Translations under genes and position numbers: made by a program
The notes under the pieces: generated by a model
Told to the model about the DNA's origin: nothing
Seen by the model: the letters and a program-made list of their open reading frames with translations, nothing else
The model's database searches: none
Shown here: positions 41,436 to 51,646 of the stretch, one piece after another
Layout: every line of letters starts with the position of its first letter
Position numbering within the stretch: position 1 is the stretch's first letter
Source of the DNA: an uncultured delta proteobacterium
GTDB taxonomy: Bacteria > Desulfobacterota > WTBG01 > CAIYCZ01 > CAIRTM01
Length of the DNA: 64,000 nt
NCBI GenBank assembly: GCA_963718965.1
Contig: CAVRBJ010000027.1
Location: 1,470 to 65,469, forward strand
Reading direction: 5' to 3'

Positions 41436-41807
41436 GGATAACCTCCTTGTGTGGGTTTCGTTGCGCCGCATAGTTCTTCCGGCAGCCGTCACGGCCATGA
41501 GATTGTCTTGAAATGGCCCAAGAAAATAGGATATATGAATATAGTACTGCCTGAAAATTACAGTTGTGTTTCAGGAACATTAAAAAGTTAAAAAATCCCG
41601 GGCGGAACATGGCCCCCCCCTGCCGGTTACAGCGGTGGGGGAAGTCTGAAATTTTTAATTTTTAATGGTTTTGTGATGCAAATGAGATATGCGGCTGGTA
41701 TTCCTTATGCGGATACTTTGTTTGTTGTCCTGCCGGGATCCGGCAGGACGGCCCTGACCGGGTGAGAAACCCTTGCAGGGGGTTGCCTGCATTGCGAGCT
41801 TTGTATC

Positions 41808-42485
41808 ATGCGCATTCTCGTTGTTGAAGATGAAATAAAAACAGCCCAGTACCTGAAGCGGGGCCTGACCGAAAACGGTTTTGTCGTGGACACCGTTCAC
41901 AACGGTCGCGACGGGCTCAGCATGGCTTTGGGCATAGATTACGATCTGGTGATTCTTGATATCATGCTGCCGGGCATGGACGGGTTAACGCTTCTCACCG
42001 AGTTCAGAAAAGAGAAAAAACAGACTCCCGTCATATTTCTTACGGCCCGCGACAGGGTTGAGGACCGGGTCAAGGGGCTCCATCTCGGCGCCGATGACTA
42101 TTTGATAAAGCCCTTTGCCTTCTCCGAACTGCTGGCCCGCATTCATGTCATCAGGCGGCGCGGCCCCGTGCAGCAGCAGGACCGGATCGTCATCGCAGAC
42201 CTTGAAATCGACCTGCTGGCGCACAGGGTCACCCGCGCCGGCCAGCCCGTTGAGCTCACGCAAAAGGAATTTTCGCTGCTGAGCCTGCTTGCCGAGCGCG
42301 CGGGCCATGTGCTTTCCCGGACCATGATTGCCGAGCATATCTGGGACATAAACTTCGACAGCAACACACATGTCGTTGACGTTGTCATACGCCGCATCAG
42401 GGCAAAAATTGATGATCCCTTCACGGTTAAGCTCATTCAAACCATACGCGGAGTCGGCTATGTCCTGGAACAGCGCAACGACTGA
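41808..42485 (+). CDS. Heavy-metal response regulator (CusR/CzcR-like)
   Basis: [40 protein letters not shown]. Confidence 0.95.
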   Translation: MRILVVEDEIKTAQYLKRGLTENGFVVDTVHNGRDGLSMALGIDYDLVILDIMLPGMDGLTLLTEFRKEKKQTPVIFLTARDRVEDRVKGLHLGADDYLIKPFAFSELLARIHVIRRRGPVQQQDRIVIADLEIDLLAHRVTRAGQPVELTQKEFSLLSLLAERAGHVLSRTMIAEHIWDINFDSNTHVVDVVIRRIRAKIDDPFTVKLIQTIRGVGYVLEQRND

Positions 42486-43896
42486 GACCTCCCGTGCGGT
42501 ATCCCGGTCGTCCATTTCAATTACCCACCGCCTGACAGTAACCTATACACTTATTACGTTTGCTCTTCTTGTCGTCACCATCAGCGCTCTTTACTATGCT
42601 CTGCTTAAAAGTCTCGAAGAAGAAGATACGCTGTTCCTTACGGAAAAAGTCGGGCGGCTGCAGACGATTCTTGCCAGCGACACGGTTGACCGGAAAATGG
42701 TGGAAAACGAAATTCAAAAAGGGTCGGATCTGCAGTTTGTTAAATATTATATTCATGTGCTTGACAGCGCGGGCCGGACATATGCCCTGACAAGCAGTGC
42801 CGCAGAGAGCCCTCCTCTTACGGTTTTTGAAGGCATTGCGACCGATCCGCGCACGCAGCCGGCCATCATAAAAAAAAGTCTCTCCAACGACCGGGCATAC
42901 CTGCTTCTGTCGACACGGGCGGGCCATGACAACAGATATCTCATTCAGGCGGCCCTTGACGTCTCCCGCGAAGCCGGCATTGTGCGCAGATACCGCTTCA
43001 TGGCTGAGGGCGTCCTGCTGATAAGCATTGTTATATCCGCAGCTGCAGGCATGGTCCTGGCGCGCAGGGCCATGCGCCCCCTGGCGCGCATCACTTCGGT
43101 AATACAGCGGATCAGGGCAACCCAGATGACCGCGCGGGTATATCCCGATCAGTGGCCACGGGAATTGACCGTTCTGGCAACGTCCTTTGACGACATGCTC
43201 GACCGGCTGCAGGATTCCTTTTCCCGGCTGTCGCATTACTCGGCAGATCTGGCCCATGAGCTGCGCACGCCGATAAACAATCTCATCGGTGAGGCAGAAG
43301 TGATGCTGGCCAAGCCCAGAACACCGCTGCAATATCAGCAGAATATTGAGTCAAGCCTCGAGGAGTTTACGCGCCTGGGGCATATGATAGACAGCCTGCT
43401 GTTTTTGGCCAAAGCCGAGAGTACGGATATTAAGGTCGAACCCTCGCTGCTTGACGGTGCGGCGGAGGCTCGCGCTGTTGCCGATTACTTTGTCGAGCTG
43501 TTCCAGGAAAACACTATCAGCCTCACCATCACGGGAAATGCAGCACTCCATGCCGATCCGCTGCTGTTTCGCCGGGCGCTCAGCAATGTTATTTCAAATG
43601 CCCTGCGGTACACGACAGCCGGAGGGTCGGCTGACATCAGCATTGTGCAGGACGAGCAAAACAATGCGGTCTTTACCGTTTCAGACACGGGTATCGGTAT
43701 ACACCCCGACGATATACCCAATATTTTCAACCGTTTTTTCCGGGCCGAATCCGCACGCACACTTGATGCAACGGGGTCAGGCCTGGGGCTTGCCATCGTC
43801 AAGTCCATCATGAACCTTCACGGGGGCACGATTGACATAAAAAGCAAGCCCTTGCAAGGCACCACTGTCACTCTTTTATTCCCGCATGCTTCATAA
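42460..43896 (+). CDS. Heavy-metal sensor histidine kinase (CusS/CzcS-like)
   Basis: Two TM helices plus [15 protein letters not shown] box, DTGIG, GSGLGL. Confidence 0.93.
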   Translation: MSWNSATTETSRAVSRSSISITHRLTVTYTLITFALLVVTISALYYALLKSLEEEDTLFLTEKVGRLQTILASDTVDRKMVENEIQKGSDLQFVKYYIHVLDSAGRTYALTSSAAESPPLTVFEGIATDPRTQPAIIKKSLSNDRAYLLLSTRAGHDNRYLIQAALDVSREAGIVRRYRFMAEGVLLISIVISAAAGMVLARRAMRPLARITSVIQRIRATQMTARVYPDQWPRELTVLATSFDDMLDRLQDSFSRLSHYSADLAHELRTPINNLIGEAEVMLAKPRTPLQYQQNIESSLEEFTRLGHMIDSLLFLAKAESTDIKVEPSLLDGAAEARAVADYFVELFQENTISLTITGNAALHADPLLFRRALSNVISNALRYTTAGGSADISIVQDEQNNAVFTVSDTGIGIHPDDIPNIFNRFFRAESARTLDATGSGLGLAIVKSIMNLHGGTIDIKSKPLQGTTVTLLFPHAS

Positions 43897-44007
43897 CAGT
43901 CCGTGATTAGTGTTTTTTAATCCTTCTGAGATAATCCTGTAATTATCCCCCGCTATAATTAAAGCCAAAGCACACGATAGTATTCGTGCAATGGATTTGA
44001 GAGCAGC

Positions 44008-45835
44008 ATGAAATCAGTAAAACTTGTCATTTGGGATCTTGACGACACCTTCTGGAAGGGAACGCTTTCCGAAGGCACTATACAGTATGTGCAGCAAAAC
44101 CATGAAACGGTCATTGAGCTTGACCCGGCGCGGCATCATGAGCGCCATCTGCTCGAAAAATAATTATGATGACGTGCGGCAGCGCCTGATGCAGCATGTC
44201 ATCTGGGACTGGTTTGTTTTCCCGAAAATAGCCTGGCAGCCCAAGGGAGCCATGGTGGCGGAGCTTATCGCCGACATGCATCTGCGGCCTGAAAATGTGC
44301 TGTTTATCGACGACAACCCCCTGAACCTCAATGAAGCCCTGTTTTACTGCCCGGGCCTGCAGACGTCGTCCCCTGAAATACTTGCCGGTCTTTTGAGCCT
44401 TGATGTCTGCGCCGGCAGCCCCGACCTCGGCCTGTCGCGGCTGCTGCACTATAAGCTGCTTGAAAAAAAGCATGCCGACCGGATAAGCACGCAGTGCGGC
44501 AACGAAGAATTCCTGCGAAGCTGCGGCATTACCGTGCGGATGCATCATGACTGCGGGCCCAGAATAGAACGGCTTCTTGAGCTTATTAACCGCACCAGCC
44601 AGCTCAACTATACAAAGCGCTGGCTGACGCTGCGGGAGCTTGAAAAGGTAGTGCGAGACCCCGGCATGGAAACAGGCTTTGTCCGGGTGCAGGATACATA
44701 CGGCGATTATGGGATCAGCGGTTTTTATGCAAAAAGAAACGGCAGGCTCGAACATTTTTTGTTTTCTTCCAGAATCATGAACATGGGGGTGGAGAACTGG
44801 GTGTACAAAAAGCTCGGTTGCCCGCGCATCGACGTGGCAGGTCCTGTTGCCATGCCGCTGTTGCCAGACAGTCCCTGCGACTGGATTGCTGAAGAGGCCC
44901 CCGTGAGCAAGCCGCCTAAAACCAGCTGCAAATCTCTCGGCATTATTGTCAAAGGAAGCTGCGACCTGCTGCAAATACAGAATTATTTGCTGAAGGGATC
45001 GCTGTTTGACTGCGAAGTAAGCTATGTCTCTGCCACCGGCTACCGGATGAATGTTTCGCACACGGAAATCTTGAAACAATGCAATCTACATACGCTGACC
45101 AGCTACGGCCCCATAATCGATAAACTGCACTTTCTGAACCGGTCGGCATTCAGGACAAACTTTTTTTCTGGCTGCCACGACGTGTATGTCTACAGCGTGC
45201 TCGACAACTATACAAAAGGGCTCTATCGCTACCGCAATTCAGACTTCATCATTGCCTTCGGGGATTATACCGCCGATCTGACGGACCCGGCCGTGTGGGG
45301 CTATCACGCTGACCGGAGCCCCAAGCACCGCCTCCCGAAAGGCTTTCTGGAATGGTTCCGGGATAATTTCGTCTTTCTGGGCCCCCTTGACTGCGAAAGG
45401 TTCAAGCAGAATATGGCCTGGCTGTGCGATCAAATTGACAGCGACAGGCTGCTCATCATTCTTAACGGCTCCGAAGTCCAGTGCGGACCGCCAGCAGAAC
45501 ATGACAGGTGGCTGCGCCACCGCGACATGAACCGCGCACTTGATGAGGTCATGGCTCTTATGCCGCACGCAGCCCTCTGCGATGTCCGGCAGTTCGCACA
45601 AACCAGGGCCGACCATCCGCACAATATTCGCAGCTACAGCCGCAGGGTCTATTTTAATATCGCGCAGCATATCAACCACATCATAGAGCAGCGCCGCAGC
45701 GTTTCTTCAGGCCTCTGGCAAAAGGGGCTCCTTAAATGCCGCTACTGGCTGCCGGTATCGACAAAAACGAAAGCCCGCAAAACATTCCGGTTTTCCATGG
45801 GAAAGAAAAAAACGATGCTTGAACAGCTCAGGTGA
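44008..45835 (+). CDS. FkbH-like HAD-IIIC protein with a C-terminal extension; frameshift near 44120
   Basis: Manual translation from 44008 gives MKSVKLVIWDLDDTFWKGTLSE, continuing into ICSKN, FIDDNP, RTSQLNYT, DTYGDYG, SSRIMNMGVE. Confidence 0.85.
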
Positions 45836-45983
45836 AAAATGTTTCCGTGCTTCTCTGGTCGAAATCATGGTTCTGTGACCTTCCTCCCCCTTTTGGCTGC
45901 AGATGCCATGATTTCGGCCCCTCCCTCTTACGCAGGCAAAAGCTTGCTGCCGCAGACATAAAAACTTTTGTAAAGGAGAATAC

Positions 45984-46595
45984 ATGAAAGCAAATCGCAT
46001 CATTGCCGCATTATTGCTCATTACAGGAATACTGTGCCTGCAGCCTGAGGCGGCTCGGGCTGAGGCTGCCGACCTCAATCAGGGAATTGCCGCCGGCTGG
46101 CAGGATTCTGCGGCCAAACCCTTTATCGTTTATTATTCCCGCACGGGCGGAACCCAAAAGGTAGCATCTGCCCTGCAGAATGAACTCGGCTGCGGCATGG
46201 AAGAAATCGTATCAACATCCAAAAAAGGGACTGGTGCTATATTCATGGACCAGGTTTTTGACAGGGCTGATGAACAGGAACCCCTGAAACAGAATCTTGG
46301 TGCGTATAACCCGATCATTCTTGTGACACCGATATGGCTAATGCGGCTATCTTCGCCTGCCCGGACATTTGTCAAGCAGGGAGAGTTGAATGGAAAGGAT
46401 GTTTATATATTGACGGTGTCAGGCGGACCTTTGTCCAAGGGAAGGAAAAATGCTTTTAAGGAATTCGCTGCAGAGCAGGGGCTCACTGTGAAGGAAGTGT
46501 ACAGCATGCAGGTCGGCAAAAAGACACCGGCAGATCTTGAAAAAGAAATAAATGAAGTTATCAGCGGCGGATCGCTTAAAGAATACAGCCTTTAG
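45984..46595 (+). CDS. Exported flavodoxin-like protein
   Basis: Signal peptide ..ARAEA, IVYYSRTGGTQKVA, VTPIW. Confidence 0.85.
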   Translation: MKANRIIAALLLITGILCLQPEAARAEAADLNQGIAAGWQDSAAKPFIVYYSRTGGTQKVASALQNELGCGMEEIVSTSKKGTGAIFMDQVFDRADEQEPLKQNLGAYNPIILVTPIWLMRLSSPARTFVKQGELNGKDVYILTVSGGPLSKGRKNAFKEFAAEQGLTVKEVYSMQVGKKTPADLEKEINEVISGGSLKEYSL

Positions 46596-46802
46596 CATGT
46601 TGCCTGAAACGGTTCCCTTGATTTGTCGGGGCCTTTTGAATTTGTGCGGGCGTGCGGCGTGCATGTCATGAAAACGCTCATCGCTGATGATGGTAAGATC
46701 CTAAAGTATCTGCACGGCTTTTTGAATTATGAGGAAGCTGAAAATTGCAGAATCACACTCGACGATACGTTGTATAACCTATAAAGGAGAAGGAAAGAGT
46801 CT

Positions 46803-47663
46803 ATGAACACACTAAAAACTACGCTCCTTCTGATGACACTTTCCCTGCTGCTTATAGCTGTTGGAGGATGGTTCGGCGGGACTTCGGGCATGACAGCAGC
46901 CCTTGTGCTGGCTGGCGCCTGCAATGGCGTCACATACTGGTTTAGCGATAAAATCGTGCTCAAAATGTACCGGGCACGCGAGGTAACAAGGGCCGATGAA
47001 CCCGGCCTGCTTGATACAGTCACCAATCTGTCCATGAAAGCGCAACTGCCCATGCCGCGCGTGTACCTGATCGATGAGGCCCAGCCCAATGCATTTGCAA
47101 CCGGCAGGAACCCGGAACATGGTGCTGTTGCCGTCACAAGCGGACTACTGCAACTGCTGACGCGCGAAGAGCTTCAGGGTGTTATTGCCCACGAGCTTGC
47201 CCATATCAAGAACCGGGATATTCTTATCGGCACGGTTGCAGCAACGGTTGCCGCTGCAATAAGCTATGTGGCGCAGATAGCCCAGTGGGGGATGCTGTTT
47301 GGCGGCAGGAAGAATGATGGTGAGGAATCCGGCAATCCCCTTGCGGCCCTGGCCATGATGATTATCGCCCCGATTGCAGCCCTGCTTGTGCAGCTTGCCA
47401 TCTCACGTTCCCGCGAATACGGCGCGGATGCCGCTGCGGCACGCATAACAGACAACCCACAGTATCTTGCAGGCGCCCTGAACAAGCTGCAGGATGCAGG
47501 CAGGCACATACCCCTGCAGGCAAACCCTGCCACGGCGCATATGTTTATCATTAATCCGCTATCCGGAGGCGGAATTACAAAGCTTTTCAGCACCCACCCC
47601 CCGATAGAGGAAAGAATTGCCCGGCTGCAAAGGCTTACCCATGAACAACTGATGCAGCTGTAA
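46803..47663 (+). CDS. htpX: Zinc metalloprotease HtpX
   Basis: [31 protein letters not shown]. Confidence 0.96.
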   Translation: MNTLKTTLLLMTLSLLLIAVGGWFGGTSGMTAALVLAGACNGVTYWFSDKIVLKMYRAREVTRADEPGLLDTVTNLSMKAQLPMPRVYLIDEAQPNAFATGRNPEHGAVAVTSGLLQLLTREELQGVIAHELAHIKNRDILIGTVAATVAAAISYVAQIAQWGMLFGGRKNDGEESGNPLAALAMMIIAPIAALLVQLAISRSREYGADAAAARITDNPQYLAGALNKLQDAGRHIPLQANPATAHMFIINPLSGGGITKLFSTHPPIEERIARLQRLTHEQLMQL

Positions 47664-47688
47664 ACCCTTTATTTGTGCAAGAGCTGTT

Positions 47689-48336
47689 ATGGAACTATTA
47701 ATTAAAGGCATGGACATACTTCTGCATCTGGACAAATACCTGGATCTGATGATCCAGACAATGGGGTTGTGGTCGTATGCAATTCTTTTTTTGATAATTT
47801 TCTGCGAAACCGGGCTGGTGATAACACCCGTGCTGCCGGGCGATTCCCTGCTGTTTGCAGTGGGAACATTTGCCGCCCTCGGATCGCTTGATCTGACGGT
47901 AGCCATGGTGTGCATGGCTATTGCCGCCATTGCCGGCGATACGGTCAATTACTGGATAGGCCATTATCTGGGTCCGAAAGTTTTTCATGAAGAGAAATCG
48001 CGCTTCCTGAACAAAAAACATCTTGAGCGCACACATGAGTTCTATGAAAAATACGGCGGCAAAACCATTATCATTGCCCGCTTCATACCCATCATCCGCA
48101 CCTTTGCTCCTTTTGTTGCCGGCATCGGCAGCATGAACTACGGAAAATTCATCGCCTACAATATTATCGGCGGCATTTTCTGGATAGTCTCGCTGACGCT
48201 TGCCGGGTATTTTTTCGGCACCATTCCCGTTGTTAAAAATAATTTCACCCTGGTCATCATGGCCATCATCGTGATTTCCGTTTTGCCGGGGGTGATTGAA
48301 ATTTTGCGGCAGTGGCGAAACAAAAGCACGAATTAA
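47689..48336 (+). CDS. dedA: DedA family protein
   Basis: [40 protein letters not shown]. Confidence 0.96.
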   Translation: MELLIKGMDILLHLDKYLDLMIQTMGLWSYAILFLIIFCETGLVITPVLPGDSLLFAVGTFAALGSLDLTVAMVCMAIAAIAGDTVNYWIGHYLGPKVFHEEKSRFLNKKHLERTHEFYEKYGGKTIIIARFIPIIRTFAPFVAGIGSMNYGKFIAYNIIGGIFWIVSLTLAGYFFGTIPVVKNNFTLVIMAIIVISVLPGVIEILRQWRNKSTN

Positions 48337-48553
48337 TGTCTGCCTTCCATTGTTTAGGATCAGAGGGCCATAAAGCGAACACTGTTATGGTTGCGCTCCG
48401 GGATCGCGGCACAGTTATGCAAAGCCCGATACAGCAGGTACAAGACAAGAGTAGTATTAAAACATTATTACTAGTATTGTCGTGGAAATATCTTTTGATT
48501 TTTGATATCAATAAACGACAATAGTTATTATTGCCTTGGAAAGGAGAAATGCA

Positions 48554-48859
48554 ATGCCTATCAAACCGACCGACCATGAAGAAGAATATTTTGCCCGTAT
48601 GGAATTCGAGCGCCTGCAAAAAGCAGAGCAGGAGAAGCAGAACAAGCTTGCAGCAGAAGAAAAAAAGCGGCTGCAGGAACTGCATTATATGTGCTGCCCC
48701 AAGTGCGGCATGCACCTTGTTGAAATCGATTACCGGGGAATCAAAGTCGACAGATGCTCGGCATGCCTGGGCATATGGCTTGATGCCGGGGAACTCGAGG
48801 CAGTGACAAAACTCGGCACACCGGTTCTTAACAAGCTGTTTTCTGTTTTTAAACAATAA
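48554..48859 (+). CDS. zf-TFIIB protein with an N-terminal coiled coil
   Basis: EEEYFARME..CPKCG..VDRCSACLGIWLDAGELE; RBS AAGGAG. Confidence 0.9.
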   Translation: MPIKPTDHEEEYFARMEFERLQKAEQEKQNKLAAEEKKRLQELHYMCCPKCGMHLVEIDYRGIKVDRCSACLGIWLDAGELEAVTKLGTPVLNKLFSVFKQ

Positions 48860-48982
48860 ATGCTGCTCTTCATATCCGGACGATTTTCCGCACAGCCGCA
48901 GCATAAGCCATTAGCGCACCATGCTGCCGGTACTGTTCGCGCCTGAAAAGCAAAAATCGACAACTCCTTCTGAGACAATTTC

Positions 48983-51628
48983 ATGAGCGACCCCATAGAA
49001 AAAACCCTGTTAGCCTGGTACACCAAAACAACTGATGAGACTATGCGCGAGCTTGCTACATCCAGCTCAGGCCTGAGCGCTCATGAGGCAGGGCAGCGGC
49101 TTGAGCAGTCGGGACCCAATATGCTGAAGGAAGGCGCCCGGCGCTCACCGCTCATGATGATCGTTGATCAGTTCAAGGATTTTCTGATCATAATCCTTCT
49201 CATAGCTGCCGTGATCGCCGGCGTGGTGGGTGATCCGGTCGAGGCCTATGCCATTCTTGCCATTGTGGTGCTCAACGCCGTTATCGGTTTTTTTCAGGAA
49301 TTCAGGGCGGAAAAAGCAATGGCTGCACTGCGGAGCATGGCAGCGCCATCTGCTGCGGTGCTGCGGGACGGCTCTCCCCAAAATATTGCAGCCTGCCGAT
49401 ATCGTGCCCGGCGATGTGGTGCTGCTGGAGGCCGGAAAAATCGTGCCTGCCGATATGCGCCTGCTTGAAAGCGCGCAGCTGCGCGCCGCGGAATCGGCGC
49501 TCACCGGCGAATCCGTACCGGTTGAAAAGCATATTCGCGCCACTTGAGGACGCATCGCTGCCGCTCGGCGACAGGGCCAATATGGTGTACAGCGGCACAG
49601 CCATAACCTATGGCCGGGGAAGCGGCCTGGTTGTGGCAACCGGCATGCAGACCGAACTGGGCAGAATCGCCCATATGCTGGAAGAAGAAAAGGTGTCGCG
49701 CACGCCCCTGCAGCACCGGCTCGACCGGTTCAGCAAACGCCTGGCTTTCGTGATACTTGCTGTCGTTGCAGTTATTTTTGCAACCGGCCTCATGCAGGGC
49801 CAGCCGCTGGTGCTCATGTTTCTGACCGCCGTGAGCCTGGCGGTGGCGGCAATACCCGAAGCCCTGCCTGCCGTTATCACGATCTCCCTTGCCTTCGGCG
49901 CAAAAAAAATGGTGAAGCAGAACGCCTTGATCAGGCACCTTCCGGCGGTCGAGACCCTGGGATCGGTCACCTGCATCTGCTCTGATAAAACCGGTACGCT
50001 CACCATGAATAAAATGACCGTCGAGGCCGTGCATGACGGCACCGCATTGTTTGACGGCAGCGCCTGCCCGGATTTACCGCTGACAGCCCGCAGCATGAAA
50101 CGCTGCTGCAGCGCCATGGCTCTGAGCAATGATGCCTATGTTGATGCCGGGGGCGCGGTCTACGGCGATCCGACGGAAACAGCCCTCTGGCAGTTTGCCC
50201 GTGAAAAGGGCTTTGATAAGGCAGCAATTGAAAAGGCTTTTCCGCGCATTGCCGAACTGCCCTTTGACTCTGAGCGAAAAATGATGACCACGCTTCACCG
50301 CTGCGCTGACGGCAGCATAGTGGCCTTCACCAAGGGCGCGCTGGAATCTGTTCTGGCGCACTGCCCGCAGCCTCTGCGAGGGCAGCCCCGCCGATCACAG
50401 CGCTCTGCATGCGGCAGCCGACGGGCTTGCCGGGCAGGGCCTGCGGGTGCTCGGTTTTGCCATGCGGCGATGGGAGCACGAGCCTGCGGAGCTGCTGGCC
50501 TCACACGTGGAAACGCAGCTTGAGTTTATCGGGCTTGCGGGCCTTATCGATCCGCCCCGCGAGGAAGCCCGCGAGGCAGTCGAGCTGTGCCGCAGCGCCG
50601 GCATCCGGCCCATTATGATAACCGGCGATCACCCCGTTACCGCCCGTGCTATTGCACGGCGGCTGAGCATTATAAACGGGGATGATGAAGTCCTGACCGG
50701 CCGTGAGCTCGAGCAACTGAGCCTTGAAGAGTTCGAGCGCAAGGTCGACCATATCGGCGTGTATGCCCGGGTGGCGCCCGAGCAGAAGCTCAAAATCGTC
50801 CACGCCCTGCAGGACCGGCAGCAGTTTGCCGCCATGACAGGCGACGGCGTCAATGACGCCCCCGCGCTCAAAAGCGCCAATATCGGCATTGCCATGGGCA
50901 TTACGGGCACCGATGTGGCCAAGGAAGCCTCCGACATGATCCTGCTTGACGACAATTTTGCAACCATTGTGAAATCGGTCAGGGAAGGCCGCCGCATTTA
51001 CGATAATATCATCAAGTTCATCATGTACTCCCTTACCTCCAACGCGGCCACCATCTGGCTCATCTTTCTGGCGCCGTTTCTCGGCCTGCCGCTGCCGCTG
51101 GTGCCCATACAGATACTGTGGATGAACCTGCTGTGCGACAGCTTCCCTGGCCTGGCGCTCACTGCCGAGCCGGCAGACCCCCGCGTCATGCAGCGGCCGC
51201 CGCGGCCCTACGGAGAGGGCGTCTTCGCCAACGGCAGGGCCCTGTTCATGATGGTTGTAGGCCTGCTGTCGGGCCTTGCGGCCCTGGCCTTTCTATTTTT
51301 TGCCGTGCGCCAGGATTTGCCCTGGCAGACCATGCTGTTTACCAGCCTTGTGCTGGGGCGCATGGCCGTGGCCCTCGGGGTGCGCTCGGGGACGGAGTCG
51401 TTTTTCCGCACGGGGTTGCGCGGCAATATGGCGCTGCTCGGGGCAATCATCCTTACCTGCGCTTTACAGTTTTTGATTGTGTACGTACCGGTCATGCAGC
51501 CGGTGTTTAAAACGCAGCCGCTTTCCGGGGCTGAGCTGGGCATCACCATACTGCTGTCATTCGTACCCCTGCTGATTATCGAAGCGGTGAAGATCACAAA
51601 GCGGCTGGCCGGAGGGCAGCTGCTATAA
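48983..51628 (+). CDS. P2A-type (Ca2+) cation-transporting ATPase; several frameshifts
   Basis: [44 protein letters not shown]. Spread over ORFs 48983, 49230, 49414 and 50447. Confidence 0.92.
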
Positions 51629-51646
51629 AAACGACAGGGCTGAAGC

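Noticed and set aside
43925-43945. CusR/CopR box after the sensor kinase
   Set aside because: ctgagataatcctgtaat has the wrong spacing; too weak to call.
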